Assembly (NCBI GenBank): GCA_040954595.2
Contig: CM082598.2
Coordinates: forward strand, 1,426,001 to 1,490,000
Length of the DNA: 64,000 nt
Source: Balanoglossus misakiensis
Taxonomy: Eukaryota; Animalia; Hemichordata
Direction: 5' to 3'
Positions within the stretch are counted from its first letter, which is position 1; every line of letters starts with the position of its first letter. A model generated the notes under the pieces. That model saw only the letters and a list, made by a program, of their open reading frames with translations, did not search any database and was not told where the DNA came from. Both the position numbers and the translations under genes were made by a program. Below are positions 9,614 through 23,900 of this stretch, piece after piece.

Positions 9614-11461
9614 AGCTCAAATTAATGTTTAATAGCTATCGTCCTTCTGAAGAATGGAACTGTTCTTGTTTATACCTGCCATAAAATAATATTAATTTTG
9701 ACTATCTACCTCCTAAAGCCAAAAGACTGATTATATAAAGTCATTGTCTCTGTTTACGTTGGTTATTATCAGTATTGTTCAGAATAGTCAATATTATGAC
9801 AGAGTTTAAATTACCACAGGGGTGGCCTTACATTTGAGTAGACACTAGTGAATTCAAGACAGACAGCACTTTGCTATGTACCTATCCATCTGGGATAACC
9901 TTTGTCCTAGATAGAAATTAGATTACTTACAAACAGCGGCCTTCTTTTTAATGGTGTGAACTTAAATTAAAGGAAATCCGCGTAATAGAGACCATAAAAT
10001 GTTATCTTGAGGTCATTACTTGTAACATTTTTATTTTTCAATAACTTTATTGCCCGTTTCTCTCTTAAAATCGCTTGCTTTTAAAGTATGAGTTCCTGTT
10101 TGTGGGATATTTTAATGTTCCTATTTAGGTTTCCAAGATCTTTAATTGTCCTTATTAATGTTTGCTCGATGTACAAAATAAGGACGAATTTGTTGGATTT
10201 TTAGGAGAAGTTTGAATTACTGAGGGTCTCCTAAATTCACTTTCAGAAGATCAAATCTTCAGCACCGACGCTTGTATATACTAGCTATTACCAGAGCTGT
10301 GGCACCATTTAGGCAATGGTGCGCATGTTGTGTTAGATTATCAGTTTGGACACTATTCCCTCAGCAAATTGAATATATTGGGAGCACACATTTATATGCA
10401 AGGATGTGGTGAAAGGGAGACTTCTCGCGTCTAGCTTGGATAACTAACTTGTGATAGTGAAAACGGTGAACGCAATGACCAGATCACACATTAATGTGGA
10501 GTGAACATATTTTATAAAATGCAAGTGCCACTTCAAGGGGATCCAAATTTCATTGTAAATAATGGCTAAAGCATTGGGTAAATTATTACTGAATTATCGT
10601 CATACATCACTGTTTCCGGATACTTGATATTTGATAAATTTATCCAGAGAAACATCTGTGACTCCAATGTGGACATGTGTATATGTTTGGCAAAGCTGAG
10701 ACCAGAAAAACTTTTGACAGAATCATCTGTTATGATAAAAGCATCTATGTCATATGTGGCAGGTAGTGTGCACGTCATCGAGTGTAGTCTTTCCAGAGAT
10801 AAATAGCGTCCTTGAAAAAGGAGTGTAGGAAGATAAACCGTCACATCGCTGTCTCAATATGACCTACTTAAGACAGTGTTGAGATTTGTGACAGACTACT
10901 TTTGAATTTCTCGGGAAAAACATATTTTGCTAACACTGAAGACCGACAGTCACGTGTTTCTGTATGTCTGCACATCATACCTGAAGGTCATTTTAAACAA
11001 ACAACCAACAAATTATGCTGTCAGCAGAAACATGTGCGACACACATTTTGCTGACTACATCCGACTCTAAGTGCAAGAAGATCAATTCTGTATGGCGCTA
11101 AAACAACTGAATTCAAATTAAATGCACTAATATGTTGGGAACATAATTGTCAAGAACTGAACAAACTAATTTGTTATAATATAACATTTTTCATCAGTGT
11201 AGCTTGCCCATTGATGATTGATATACACCCAGTTGATAGCTAATATCTGTAAAAAGTGGAAACAAAGTTTTTTTCTATAAACTTGACATTAGCTGTAACT
11301 TTTGGCTTTATTTTCTGTATTTTTTCTGTGTACCAACTGTAATTTCTTTTCTACTCCAAACAGCATGCTAATATACCCTATCCCCCACTATACAGAAGAA
11401 AAATGCAAAAAAATAAAGCCAAAAGTGACAGCTTATATCCTTTAATGGAGGCCAATTTTAC

Positions 11462-11659
11462 CTGACTTGACTGCGTCACCAGCATTTTGTTCTGCCGTTC
11501 ATTCTCGCCAGCGTCTCTGCAACAACCTTGACAACAGCCGCAGCAAAAGTCGCTGTATAACGGCAGAGGAGTGTCTCCGGACTTCCGTCGGAATCCGAAT
11601 GCTGTCACCATGACAATGCAGATACAAACACCGAAAGCGATTCCAAGGATAACTGTCAT
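11462..11659 (-). CDS. Syt: Synaptotagmin Syt-A first coding exon: TM helix and Cys-rich juxtamembrane region
   Basis: MTVILGIAFGVCICIVMVTAFGFRRK...FCCGCCQGCC; acceptor ttcttcacag| at 11665 implies upstream exon(s); donor CAG|GTAAAA phase 0 matches exon 2. Confidence 0.88.
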
Positions 11660-14600
11660 ATTGATCTGTGAAGAAAGTCAGATAGAAAGGGGTGTCTTAA
11701 AAGATGAGAATCGTCTAATATGCATGTGCCAAACCAGAGACTCTGGCTACAAAAATTGTATACAGTCAATGCCATAAAGCAGTACGTGTGTTGTCCTGAC
11801 AACAGACAATATACCGTTTCCTTCTCGAGGTGAAACAAGTCTGCGTGACTATAACTGGATTTATACAATATATGATTGGTTGTTTTATGGGCCTATGTGA
11901 ACAGGTTTGCATAAATTATGTATTAATGTAGGATTGAAACTCAAATCATTCCGAGGTGAAAGCAGAACTTTCCAAGCTTGTTTTGTATAATTATCACAGA
12001 CATCTAGACCTGTTAACACCAGAAGTCGTTGTATACTTCTTGGTCGAAACGATGAACAGATGATAACCAGAATATTGCATGTCTGAAGTTTCTGAATGGA
12101 TAGAAACTGAAACTGGTGTTCTGTATTTAATGTGCATCAGGATGGATGTGGCTTAATTTTTTGCGGAAAGTGGACAATGGAAATGTTGTGTACAGTTGTC
12201 ACTACAAACATCATGCCTTAGTGATCAATTCATTTGGCAAATGTGGTTTCCACTCACGATAGATTAAGGGAAGCCATTCCAAATGAATTGGTCAGCAAAA
12301 ATTTTACTCTGTAGAATGATCACTTAGTGTTCAGGGGACGTTCATGTTTTTGATACACTTCATTTACGCTAGGGTCCGAGCGGAGGAGTCCAAAAAGGGG
12401 ACTGTCCCTTTGTGCGTATGTTGTTACACAAGTCGGCTTTTATGTATGTAGATGCGTTGCACATGGTTATGCATGTGATTCAGTCCGGCTACCAGTTAGG
12501 ATTTGTTATGTTTAGCCTATGTACTTTCATCAGGAATAAAACTGAGGTGTATTGAGTTGGAGTATGTTACCAATTAGCAACAATCTTAACCGTATCTGAC
12601 AGATTTACTACCCTCTTAATGGATAACTTTTGGGTTGTGACTCACGGTTGTCAGCATTTAAGATAATTCTCCCGCAAAGACAGCAAAATTTCCTTGTATC
12701 ATGCCATTTTGTGACAATAATGCTGTTATGCTTAATGCAATATCCATGTTATGTTTGTTTTTGCTTTTATGACAAATGTATTTTCAATGTACTGAGTATG
12801 AGTACCGGAAGTCGTGTTTTCAATTGGCCAACAATCTTTTAAATGTTTCCTGGCAATAGATTGGACGACAGAGTACGCGCGACCCACAGCAGATACGAGC
12901 AATCTGTTATTTTATGGTGAATGTTTACCACTCAGGTAATATGGAACACACAACTGAATGCAATATACATGAAATGCGAGTACTTGCACATGATCATGTT
13001 CAACATGATTATATTTTCAAAGAAATACATGACAGAGAAGACTTCCTACCTCTGTAAGTATTAGCAAAAAAAATCACAAGTCATGTACCTTCAAATTTTT
13101 GCGAGCTTAGTATAATCGATGGGCAAACATGAGCAAATCACAATGCAGAGTTTACCCTTTGCTTGTCACATGATCAAGTAATCTCCCATAGTAATAAACT
13201 GAAAGGAAACTTACAAAGCTGACTTGGCGAAATGCCAAATTATCACAATTATTTTATTACATTGCTTCCATTTATTTTCAGACAATGATGACGTCATTTG
13301 GTGTTTAATATCCTCCCTTAAGTGGCAATACGTGAATAAACCACCTGCCTTCCACAGGCTGTGCACTAAATGCCTGTCTGGCAAGAAACCATGGTCTAAA
13401 CTTAACTTGTACTATGGTGAGTCATCATACTTTCAATCGTTCAGAATCTTTCCAAAGCTCTCATCATGATAGCTCTAAAATTACGCAGGCATCTTTAGTG
13501 TTTTCAGAAGCATCCATATAACTCCTCCAACTTAAAAGAACGCTCCAGTGGATTCTGTTCTCGTTACGATTTCCACGATACTGCATCACTGACGTCATTT
13601 CCCATGGACTTCAATTTAGACAATGAATAAAACGGAAGAAAATGAATGTTCTGGTAGCTAGACTTTCTGTTCAGTCTCAGCTCTTAGTGGTCCAGGGAAC
13701 TCGTTGAGTCTGAAGCCTGCAGTGTTGGGGATGTGACTGTGATTATTAACAATATGTGATGCAAACTCACATCATACATTTCAGGTTAATAAACATATGA
13801 CAGAAATCATAAAGATTGATGTACTGAAAGGGATTGGAACAGAATCAGTGACAGAAATATATAGCATATTAATACATGGCTGATAACCTAGATGGAAATT
13901 TATGAACACGCGCCAGGATACTTGGAAACCTGAATAAGGTCAACAGTAAGGTTTTGAATGCATCACCGTGAAAAAGCCACATCCGGGTGCCTGGATTACG
14001 TGTACGTGACAAGACATGCGCAGAAAGTGGAGTCTTTCGTATACGCAGCGTGCGTGCTACCTTGGTTAATTCAGTGAAGTGAACGAATATCCAGAGAGTG
14101 TTGAGAGGTGAAAACAAAGGATGAATGTTATGTACCATATTCAGTTGCAACCTTTTAACTATACAAAAGAGGTAGGATTGACACTGCTGTATGTTAACGA
14201 ACAGAGAAACAGCAACTGTGTAAGAGGATCATTGTATTTGGGGAATTCGAAAAACTGTTGCAGAAAAGAATATAGGATTTAATTTCACTGCCGGATGCAA
14301 GATCTCATCTTACTTTGCAAAACGTGAACTTACATTTATGTCCAGTTACAATTTTCATTTGAATTTGCAGTTATCTATTTGGGTTCCTCACTGTAAAAAA
14401 CAACTACAACAGTACGATTCTTAAAGTTAAACCTTTGAATGTGTACAAAAAATATATGTGCTTTAAGTGGAACGTAATTTTACAAGCCGTGCCATGTGCA
14501 TCGAACTGAATCGTTCAGCTGGCGTGCATATTATGAAGGATTTATTAGTCGTTGAATTCATAAAACATCGTCATAGCGTGTATGTTGTATGCATTTTTGC

Positions 14601-17600
14601 TGTTATAATGTTTTACAAAGAGCCTATCCATGGGTTAAGTAAACATTAATTATTAACAAAGTTTCTGGCATACCAAACGGTAGATGAAAATAGATTAAAG
14701 CAGTCTAGGTGTAGTAGAATTATCATTCTGTTTACAAGGAAGTATGAATAATGATGACCTTTATTTTTATCATCGACATGAGAAATGTGTTTGATTGGTC
14801 GTTTGGTGGGGTGTTTTTTTCAATTTCTCAAGGTCCAGCTGACCGTGATCTTTTGCTTCGTTCTGGAAAATATCTGTAACAGGTACCAATTGCTTAGCCT
14901 AATTGTAAACTACAAGGTCAATGGTAGTTCTTCTTGTCAAACAGCATTGCTTAAGTTGGCTCAATACTTCATTGTCGCCAAGGAAACATAACATGACGCT
15001 TTTTGAACGTGATTTCCACAAGATTCGTCAGAAAAGGCTTATGATTTAATAACTCCATCACGATGCGTAACAATGAAAGTAATTTGTGCGAACAGTCTCT
15101 ACCTATTTAAAGCGAGTCATAGAACTGAATTAATAGAAGGCGACACAAGGGTCTGATCTGGAAAATATTGGATAGTACGGATTTGCATCTTTCTTGGCTT
15201 TGTCACTGGTAATTCCCCTGACACGACATGGCTGGTGTCCTCCTTAAACTGTGCTAAGACGGATGTCTTTAATCTTCTCGTTGGAATTTTCCCGTCATTG
15301 TGAGTTCGTCTGCTGTTTTTATATGCAAATCAGATTAAGGATTTGACTGATCACTCATCCCTGATTTCGAACCCCGTCCTTGGAAGTTAAAGTATAACGG
15401 AAACGTGTCCTGGGTAAAATGGTTGCTACACAAGAAAATAAGTTTAATATAAACGCTTTAGCATAATGAAAGTTGAACGTCCTCAAATGAAGGTCAGTTA
15501 GTGTCGAAAATAATTTTGCTTTTAACAAAAATACTACATTTTATCTCTAATAAATCTTTGTTTTTACAGCTACTTTGACCAATATTTCTTTAAAATTTTG
15601 ACTTATTTTTGAAAGGTACAGCCAAAATGGATGTTATCATTCATCTAAATGATAACGAAACAGTTCAGGTCTATTGTATCGAGCCGTCACGTTTTCGCGC
15701 GACCATGGACAATATCACAGACTTTATAATAACATCAAGAAAACATGTCTGCTTATGAATATAACCCCCAGGGGGTGTTGCCTTGACGACCTTGATAATT
15801 CTTCTTTTGCTCATCAAAACGTGGTATTGTGAACGAGTAAATGGTTGCTGTATACTCGACACAGTGCGCTGTTTGATGATAATATGATAACATTATGTAT
15901 AGCCACCCGCGTTGCCATCATGTTTACTTTAACAGAAATTTCAAAGTTGAATGTGCAGAGTATTGAGGAGTAACAACAGATTGCCACCAAGCTTCTCTTA
16001 GACATCATTAACAGCACAACGAAGGCCAAACTACCTATGGCATATAGAATATCACCCAACCCGTTTTCTGAACAAAAAGAAATGTATGCCACATCTGGTT
16101 ATTCTCACTGCTAAAATTACATGAAGGTTTGTGTTATTCAGAGCAGTGTATAATAGCATGCTATGGTATACCGCTACATATTATTTCACTATATTGATCT
16201 GTAAGGATTCAATGTGCGTTGCTGGGTTTCAGATTAACATCTGCATGAAAGATGTTTCCGACCTGATTTCATACATTATGATGTTTACTTCACATCTCTC
16301 AGTTTACTAAGACCCCCAGGCTTTAAAACTACCTGACAACAATACAGAGTAGACATATGGATTTTGCATGTTAGCAACACAACACATTTGTTATCCAGGT
16401 TACTTGGTTAAACGAGTCCACAGATAAAACCCAACTCTATATATCATAGCTCAGTTTACACTACACTGGGTTCAGTAGCACAATTCACAACTTTGGGAAA
16501 ACAGAGAACTTCAGAATCAGGCGATGATGAGTACGTTCCCTGCACCTTTTGAATAACTAAAGATGTCACTAACAAATTCATTAGTCTTTTAAGTCCGTCG
16601 ATCGTCTTATGCGCATGTGCGTAATTTCTTGTGTACAAACAATACCGTACGTCCAATCCAAATGTTCTGCAAATTTTGCGTTTGACGCATTCAAACAATT
16701 GACTGCCTTCGCTTCATACCATATTTCATGCGCACCTATAACCTTTCATTTCATGACTGAAATTGTCGTTTGGTTCAAATATTCCTTCGATTAAGTCCAT
16801 TTTATTCACATTGCCTCGTGCTGTCTAAACATATTGCACTATACCTAATGAATGTTGACGTGTCACTCACTGACTCAGGCAAGAAATCGTGATGATGTAC
16901 AGCTTGATGAATGATTTTTATGTAAGTTTATGAGTACCTTCAACAATGTGCACTGGTTTCATGAATAAAATTATTGGAATTTAACTGGCAGGCATATATA
17001 CTAGTTAAGGTACAGTGCATGGATAATCCTGCAAACGGATTGTACAGAATGGAGGTTACCCTCGCAATATTGTGTCAGCTCAGACACAGCGACAGCCTCA
17101 TTAGAACATACTCCATTCAAAGACTCGGCAGCACATCTATCTGCTGTTAAATAATTGGAGTATGCATACTCAAAGGTTTCTCGTTGAAACCAATTGTTAA
17201 CACTGTGCATCTTTACAAGTCTTGACCGAAATAACATTTTTGTGCCACTTGCGAAAAATTCTAAACTTATTAATTGTGAAGTATACAACTTTACTTAACG
17301 AAGGAAAACGCTGAGTAGAGCTTCAGTACGCCATTCTACAAGAAGAGGCACAGCAGAATTGTCTGGCACAAGGAAACAAAAAGCGAACGTCAGAAAACTA
17401 TGACAACGAGCACACAAAAACTGCTTTGATAGACCAGACAGATAATTGCGTCCTAAATCCACGTGGGCATAAGTGATGCTTTCATACTTGTCTCCCTGTA
17501 ACCATGGATAAAATTGAACTAAATACATACTGTTCGGCACCATTTAATGTCTGCTTGTCATTCTCAGTGCAGTTCCAAGAAAATTTCACTTTAAATTTTA

Positions 17601-20162
17601 ATTCGTACATCGGCAAACAGTACGTGCAATTGCGGTAATGCACGTATTTACTTGTCCGAGAAACAGTGATTTTTGTCCAATATTTCGTGGAATACGACAA
17701 ACGTATTTCCGCTTATCCACCCACTGGCATGGTTTAAAAGGGTTTTGCAATTAAATGTTGTCTGGTCATAGAAAGGCCTTACTTCAGGACTCAGATCTAA
17801 AATAATCTTCTTTTCGAGGTGCGACACAATAAATCACTGCAATTTTTCCTGCATATGTAGTATTTATAAGCGTATAGACACAAATGCGTTCCCAGGGTAG
17901 TTGTTTTTCATTGGTACAGTCGTTTCACTCCATCGCACACTTTTTTCGTGGAACTTTTCTCTCTGCAGAAAATAGACCCTGGGTGGAGATTGCTATTCAT
18001 TTACTGATCTATCATGAAGGTAGTGGATAGTTAAAAGAAAAATTACCTGGCGCTTGGTAAAAAGTATCATGTAAGCTATGATGTAGGAAAGATTTGAAAT
18101 AACAAAAACCAGCAAGGTTAAGACTAATGTTTGTTATTTGAGAATTGTCCAACTGATACCATACCGTGTCATTCAAACATCTTCTTGCACATAGTGTGAA
18201 CTACCCCTTACTTGCTGCATTGGTGACATCAATTATCAGAATAAATGTGAAGAATAGATTAACTTAAATGGTGCGGAACGCGACGCAGATTTATTTACAT
18301 GGTTCAAGCAAAAGCCTTGACATATTCAGAGAATGCACACAATTGCCACACTTCCCTCAGCCATATATATTCATTTCCTTCTTAATATGTTCAACATCGT
18401 TTAGGTTCAGAAGACACAATAATGACGAATTTAATCGACCGCATATATTAGATCCAATATAATCCTAAACTGCCTGAGACACCCCTTATCAACAACAAAG
18501 ATGCATACAATTTATATACATGTATACTTTACATGGGTGATCATACGGAAATGCAGTGACATCTAACCTACAGTGAGATAACACAATGTTTTGTTACACG
18601 GCTTTTTAGTAAGGGTCACTGTTTTGGCATGTGCGATCGAATGGGAGAGTTTCTTGGTTGGAAGATGTTTCCAAATTGAGGATGAACAATAAGCCTATCA
18701 TTCCAGATTTATATCAACAAATGTCTGCCACTCCTTCTAATGATTGTTTCTTTGTGATTGTCATTATAAATTTATATGTCCAATCTCGAGATAGGTTCAA
18801 CATACACAGTTTCTGAAATATAATTCATACAGCAATTGTTAATGTGTCATTTATGCGACACTTAAAAATCAGATGAGGTTCAGGTTAATGACTTTTTACC
18901 ACATCTCATCAAACTGTGATGGTTAGCAAGTTGTTGAAATAGATATTCATAAGTAATATGTTTGTTTGCTTGCTTGTTTGAAATTCTTGTTAAATTGTTT
19001 AATGATTCATGCGATTGCCAATATGCCGGACCATATGCACCCTGGAAATTTTAATAAGAAAGAGTACACATTTCAGAGAAAGAAGATTTCATTTCTATGA
19101 ATTTCATTATGATTGGTATAAATCATTTAAAAGCTCTCTATCTCTCGGAAGGACATTCATGAAGTCTTAAATTATTCATCTGTCTCACAAGGGAAAATCA
19201 GTTCATGTTTTCAAACATAGGCTAGATTTCTGTGATTGTCGCTAGTAGAAATTGTTCAAATAATGTTATGTTCAAGGTTCTTGTAGTCTATAATTGATGA
19301 GAATGGTCGCTAAAGTTACTTAGTGTGTCGTAAAAGCTTTTCGCGGTCATATCTATAAATAGAAAATAGAGACAGTCATTGGAGATAAAGACACCTAATT
19401 CTGCAGTGTTAACGGATGTGAGATGTGTCTTATGCTTGACTGTGACAATCTCTGCGCATCTTAATGTCTGTGTCTTGAAGCGGAACGTATGTGGGTAACA
19501 TGTGTGAAATTAAACCTGTTTTCGTGTCCATGGTTTTGTGTTGCTTCAAACACGAATAATGGCAAACTGCGCACGCGTGAAAGAGAAACGTTTAGTCACT
19601 GGTTCCGTTTAGAAAAAAATAAATGTGAATAATACTGTAAATTTGTTCACTTCTACGCATGTCAGCTAATCGTTACTCAGACACAGAACGTCATGGCGTT
19701 TGGTTTTGTTTGTTTGAAGAACTTGCTCCTCAGCTGATAATATATTAATTATATGTCTCTCTTTCGTCAGAAACTAGTTCGCGTAGAAAACTTTGGTCAG
19801 CATATGGCGGTTACAACCTCAAAGATAAGGAAATTTCCTGTCATTATTCTCGTACATCGTTAACATGCTCTGCGAAATCCACTAGAGTATTCTGATGGAA
19901 TTACCTTCCGTGCACAGAGAGCAGCAATTTGCTAGTATCTTAACAAATTTATTCTGAGCAGGTTGCCAAGTCACTTACAGGTCATTGCAGTCGATAATTA
20001 GGTCCATGTTCGTTTCGCGTGCCTTCGTCATGGACCCTTGCTATCAGTATCAATGTTTTCTGAAGTCAGAACCCTGTGTTAAGGGTGCTTGTCTAATTCA
20101 TACAGTGAAATAGTTTATTATTCATACTTGATTAAATGTACCACATGGTTTCTAGTTTGATT

Positions 20163-20198
20163 ATCATCATCATCATCATCATCATCATCATTATCATC
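20163..20198. repeat. (ATC)n microsatellite
   Basis: atcatcatcatc... about 12 units with one interruption. Confidence 0.9.
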
Positions 20199-23100
20199 AA
20201 GAAAAGTTAAGTGTATTGAAGTGAACAAAAAAAAATACATTGAATGAATTGAAGTGAATTAAATAAAATCAAATTAAGCCGAATTAAATTACATTAAACT
20301 AAATTACACATTTTAATTTGATTCAACAAATTTTCACTGTTAAAATCATGCGTACGCTATATTTTGTAATTCACGGCGCGTGCAGGAGGAAGATCATCAT
20401 CAGCTAATGTAGTCTTGTGTATATTACAGAGCAAGTAGAACTCGCTAACGTGATTAAAAGCTTGACTGTGTAAGAAGAGGCGGTTTAGCGCATTGTCAGC
20501 AAGGAGAAAGCCACTTGGGTCACAAGAGCTGTTAGTCAGGGACTCATAGTATAATTATGTTGTAATAACTAGATATGGTCACCTTGGTGTGCGTTTCTAT
20601 TTCACAGACTGTATTACGTGTACAATTTCGAATTCTTCCACTGATGAGTAATGACGGTTTGTTGTATGGAGAACTTTAGTCATTTTTCTCTCTCTCAATA
20701 CGTTTCAAAAACGTTCCATTCTTTTCACTTGCCAGCCCTGTGAGCATAACTACCGAACTTATTAAATGTGCTGTATACAGCACTACACAAAGGTAAATTT
20801 TGAAGGCCTGAACCCATCAGTAATTAGTGAGTACGCAGAAACCTAGGAGTACACCCCTTGGGCGGTTTTACTGAATGCATATGTCTCGCTATTTGACAGG
20901 CATGACTGATCCATTTTGTAGACGCATGCAGAGTAGGGTGCCTTCGATCTTTTCTAAAATATTTCCATGGTAACCTTATAAGAACTGTGCATATGTAAAC
21001 AGTTTTGTATTTTAAAATTGAATATTGGTAGGATATTTAAGGTAAATGTGCCTTGATGACTTGTAAGAATATTATAGTCATAAAATGTCAAGTCAGAAAA
21101 ATGTGAACGGTGAATCAATCGGATGTCGAGGTATATATTTTGTATAAGAACCGTTGCTTGGTAACATAGGGCTGATACATAAACACTTACGCTTGACAAA
21201 ACATTCTTTTTTTGCCATTTTCTTCAGTCTGTACAACAATGGGTGATGCTTACATCTGAAGAAGTCGACTGATGGAAGTACTACCAACGAGATGAATAAA
21301 GAAATGTCAGAATTATGGAACTTAAGATTAATTCCAATTGACATGAACCCCTGAATCATGAAATGTATCTCCACGGTGAATCTGTATTCACTGTTGAACT
21401 TCAAAACATACTGCCACTACACAAGTTGTGGGCCTGACATACATGATTGCGATAATGCTTAGAACACAGAAGACTAGGCTGGGATAGCAATTCATCAATG
21501 TCACCACATTGTTGTCATACAATGCGCTCTGATAAGACCCCCAGGGCACGACTATTGAAGGCCCGATCATATCATCGCAAAACACACCCAGCGGATATGT
21601 CTAAGGAAATGATGGAAACCCTGCAACACAAACCTATCATAATATCTGCTGCGACATACATCCAGGTCGGTTGTCTTGTAATTGATCGTGCAGCTGACAA
21701 ACATATTGCTTTATTTTTTATTTTTTTTATCTTATATGGTGCCACTAAAACTCATCTTTGCATACAGATGTCACATCTGTATTGCATGTGTAGCTCAGAC
21801 AGAACCCAAACAGATGATTTAGGAGAAACTGGTCAGGTGGTTTATTTATTTTAAAATGATATTACGAAGATAAAACTGTAGCAAAATATGACATTTTAAC
21901 TTTATGTATTATAGTAATTCTTCTCACACTTTTTATGGTATGAGTTGGTGAGGGATAACCTTGAAAGAAGAGCTAAGGTCTAAGAAACCTGACCTTCAAC
22001 TTCTCCACTTATATCAGGCTTTAATCAATCTTCTTAGACTAGCGATTTTGCCTGTGGTAACCATGGTGATGTGATCGTCTTAATATGCAAAAAAATATAA
22101 CTCGGTCCCTGGATTTATCAAGTGAAGCATCTTTGCCACGGGGCAGTCAATATTAAACGAGCGTGTATAAAACCGAGCGTGTCTTACACTTGCGTGTGAT
22201 ACTCATGATACCACAAACCGTCTTGGTGGTTGTAGGTGACTGTTCATATTAATATTCAAAATGAATATTGAATTTTTTTTTTTAAACTTTGCACGTTTGG
22301 TTCTTATTTATACTGCCATTTTTCTAAAAATAAGCTGTCGCGAGGGGTGTACATATACCTTAAGTTTGCGTTAGAAGATGTTAATTTCCCTTGTTCTGAA
22401 ATCTTCTTACTAAACCGTGGCTTACATGTAAGTAATAAACCAAAAATTTGTCACATCTATGCTTCAACCTGAATCTTTTGTCCGAGTTTTGGGTGAACTG
22501 TAAGTTTTACATCATAATAAAACGCTCCAATCACTGCAGCCAATACAACAATGTACACTAATGACTATACCGTTTAATTTAAGAAAGACCAGTCGTTCTA
22601 TTGATTGAAATTATTAATTCGAAATTGATTTTTTTCTATGAGGAAAATACTCTGCTTGGATATTGTATGCAAGCATTATAAAAGTTGATTGTATCGATAA
22701 AATGTACTGCTAGTCCATAGAGATTTTCGAATAGCAGTTTGTGCTTTTATGTGACCAGACTCCATTACTCCAGTTTTCTTCCACCAATGACCTAAATTAA
22801 ATCTGAAATCTCAACTGAACTTCGGGAAATGTTTCTCAGGGGAATTGATTAATTCTATTGAGATACAGTCGTGATCATCACTGTTTTACAAATATTATCC
22901 CACAACACGGTCAATGAGTTGTGCTATGGTCAACGTTTGCGATCAGTAAAATCTTGATAAAGTGATGATAATGTAAAATAATGTATTAAGAAGATACTGC
23001 ATTAGTCCTAATTAAGCATGACTTCATCAAACTGAACTACCCAAAGTTTAAATTAGGATTACAGTGTAATTGATCAATTATGTGTTGGACGAAGTGAAGA

Positions 23101-23647
23101 TCTTAACTCAGATAGAAAATGAATGTCTGCCGATTCTGGCATTTATTGTACATCCTAGTTCCAGTCTGTGGGATTTCATTAATTTACATCATATTTACAT
23201 TGAAAATAAATGTGAAAAAACACACAAAACGCGATAAGTAATAATGGTTGTTTTCCTTCATCCTACACGAAAAATCCTTAATGGGTTTTAGTAAAGTGTG
23301 ACAGAACTCTACAATTGGCAGCTTATCAAGTGTAGGATATATATTTTAAATGGTTTAAATATTTCATTTTTAGGTTTAGTTTACCGCACATTAAGTATAA
23401 ATGTTATTCGCTTTCGCAAACACACTTCTTGATTTATTATACAAATATTAGCACCAACTTGTAAAGATTTCAGGCATTAATGTTTAAAAGAAATCGATTT
23501 TTCAAAGTTCCAATTTTAAGATTGTCCTTGTTACGAATTCGCAAGTTAATCCACGATGATGAAGAACAGAAACATACAGTATACCAGTTAGAATTAGACT
23601 GACAGTTAAAAGACTACATGTTGAAGTTAATGCTAGGGAGTATTTAC

Positions 23648-23900
23648 CTTTTAGGGAGGATTTCAACGTCAGTCCAAGTAATGAAATCTCGCGTTGAGGC
23701 TTCTCACACGCCAGCCGATAGTGCCTGGTTCGTGAGTTCCCGTCCCTGTGTTGTGTTGTATCAGAAATGCGCGTGGCGGCGTTCACGAAACGGTATGTCA
23801 GCCAGACCTCAAAGCCAACCTCCTACAGCATGCCACATCGGTGATACTGTAAGACTGTTGGGAGACGACACTGATATAGAAGGCACGACTTTCCCGCCTG
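23648..23900 (-). other. Candidate non-coding 5' exon of Syt-A (5' boundary uncertain)
   Basis: Locally GC/CpG-rich island ending at donor AAG|GTAAAT (23648/23647). Confidence 0.3.

Noticed and set aside
10258-10278. TTCAGCACC, the left half of an RE1/NRSE (REST) site, in Syt-A intron 1
   Set aside because: The right half (GGACAG) is missing, and a half-site alone is weak evidence.
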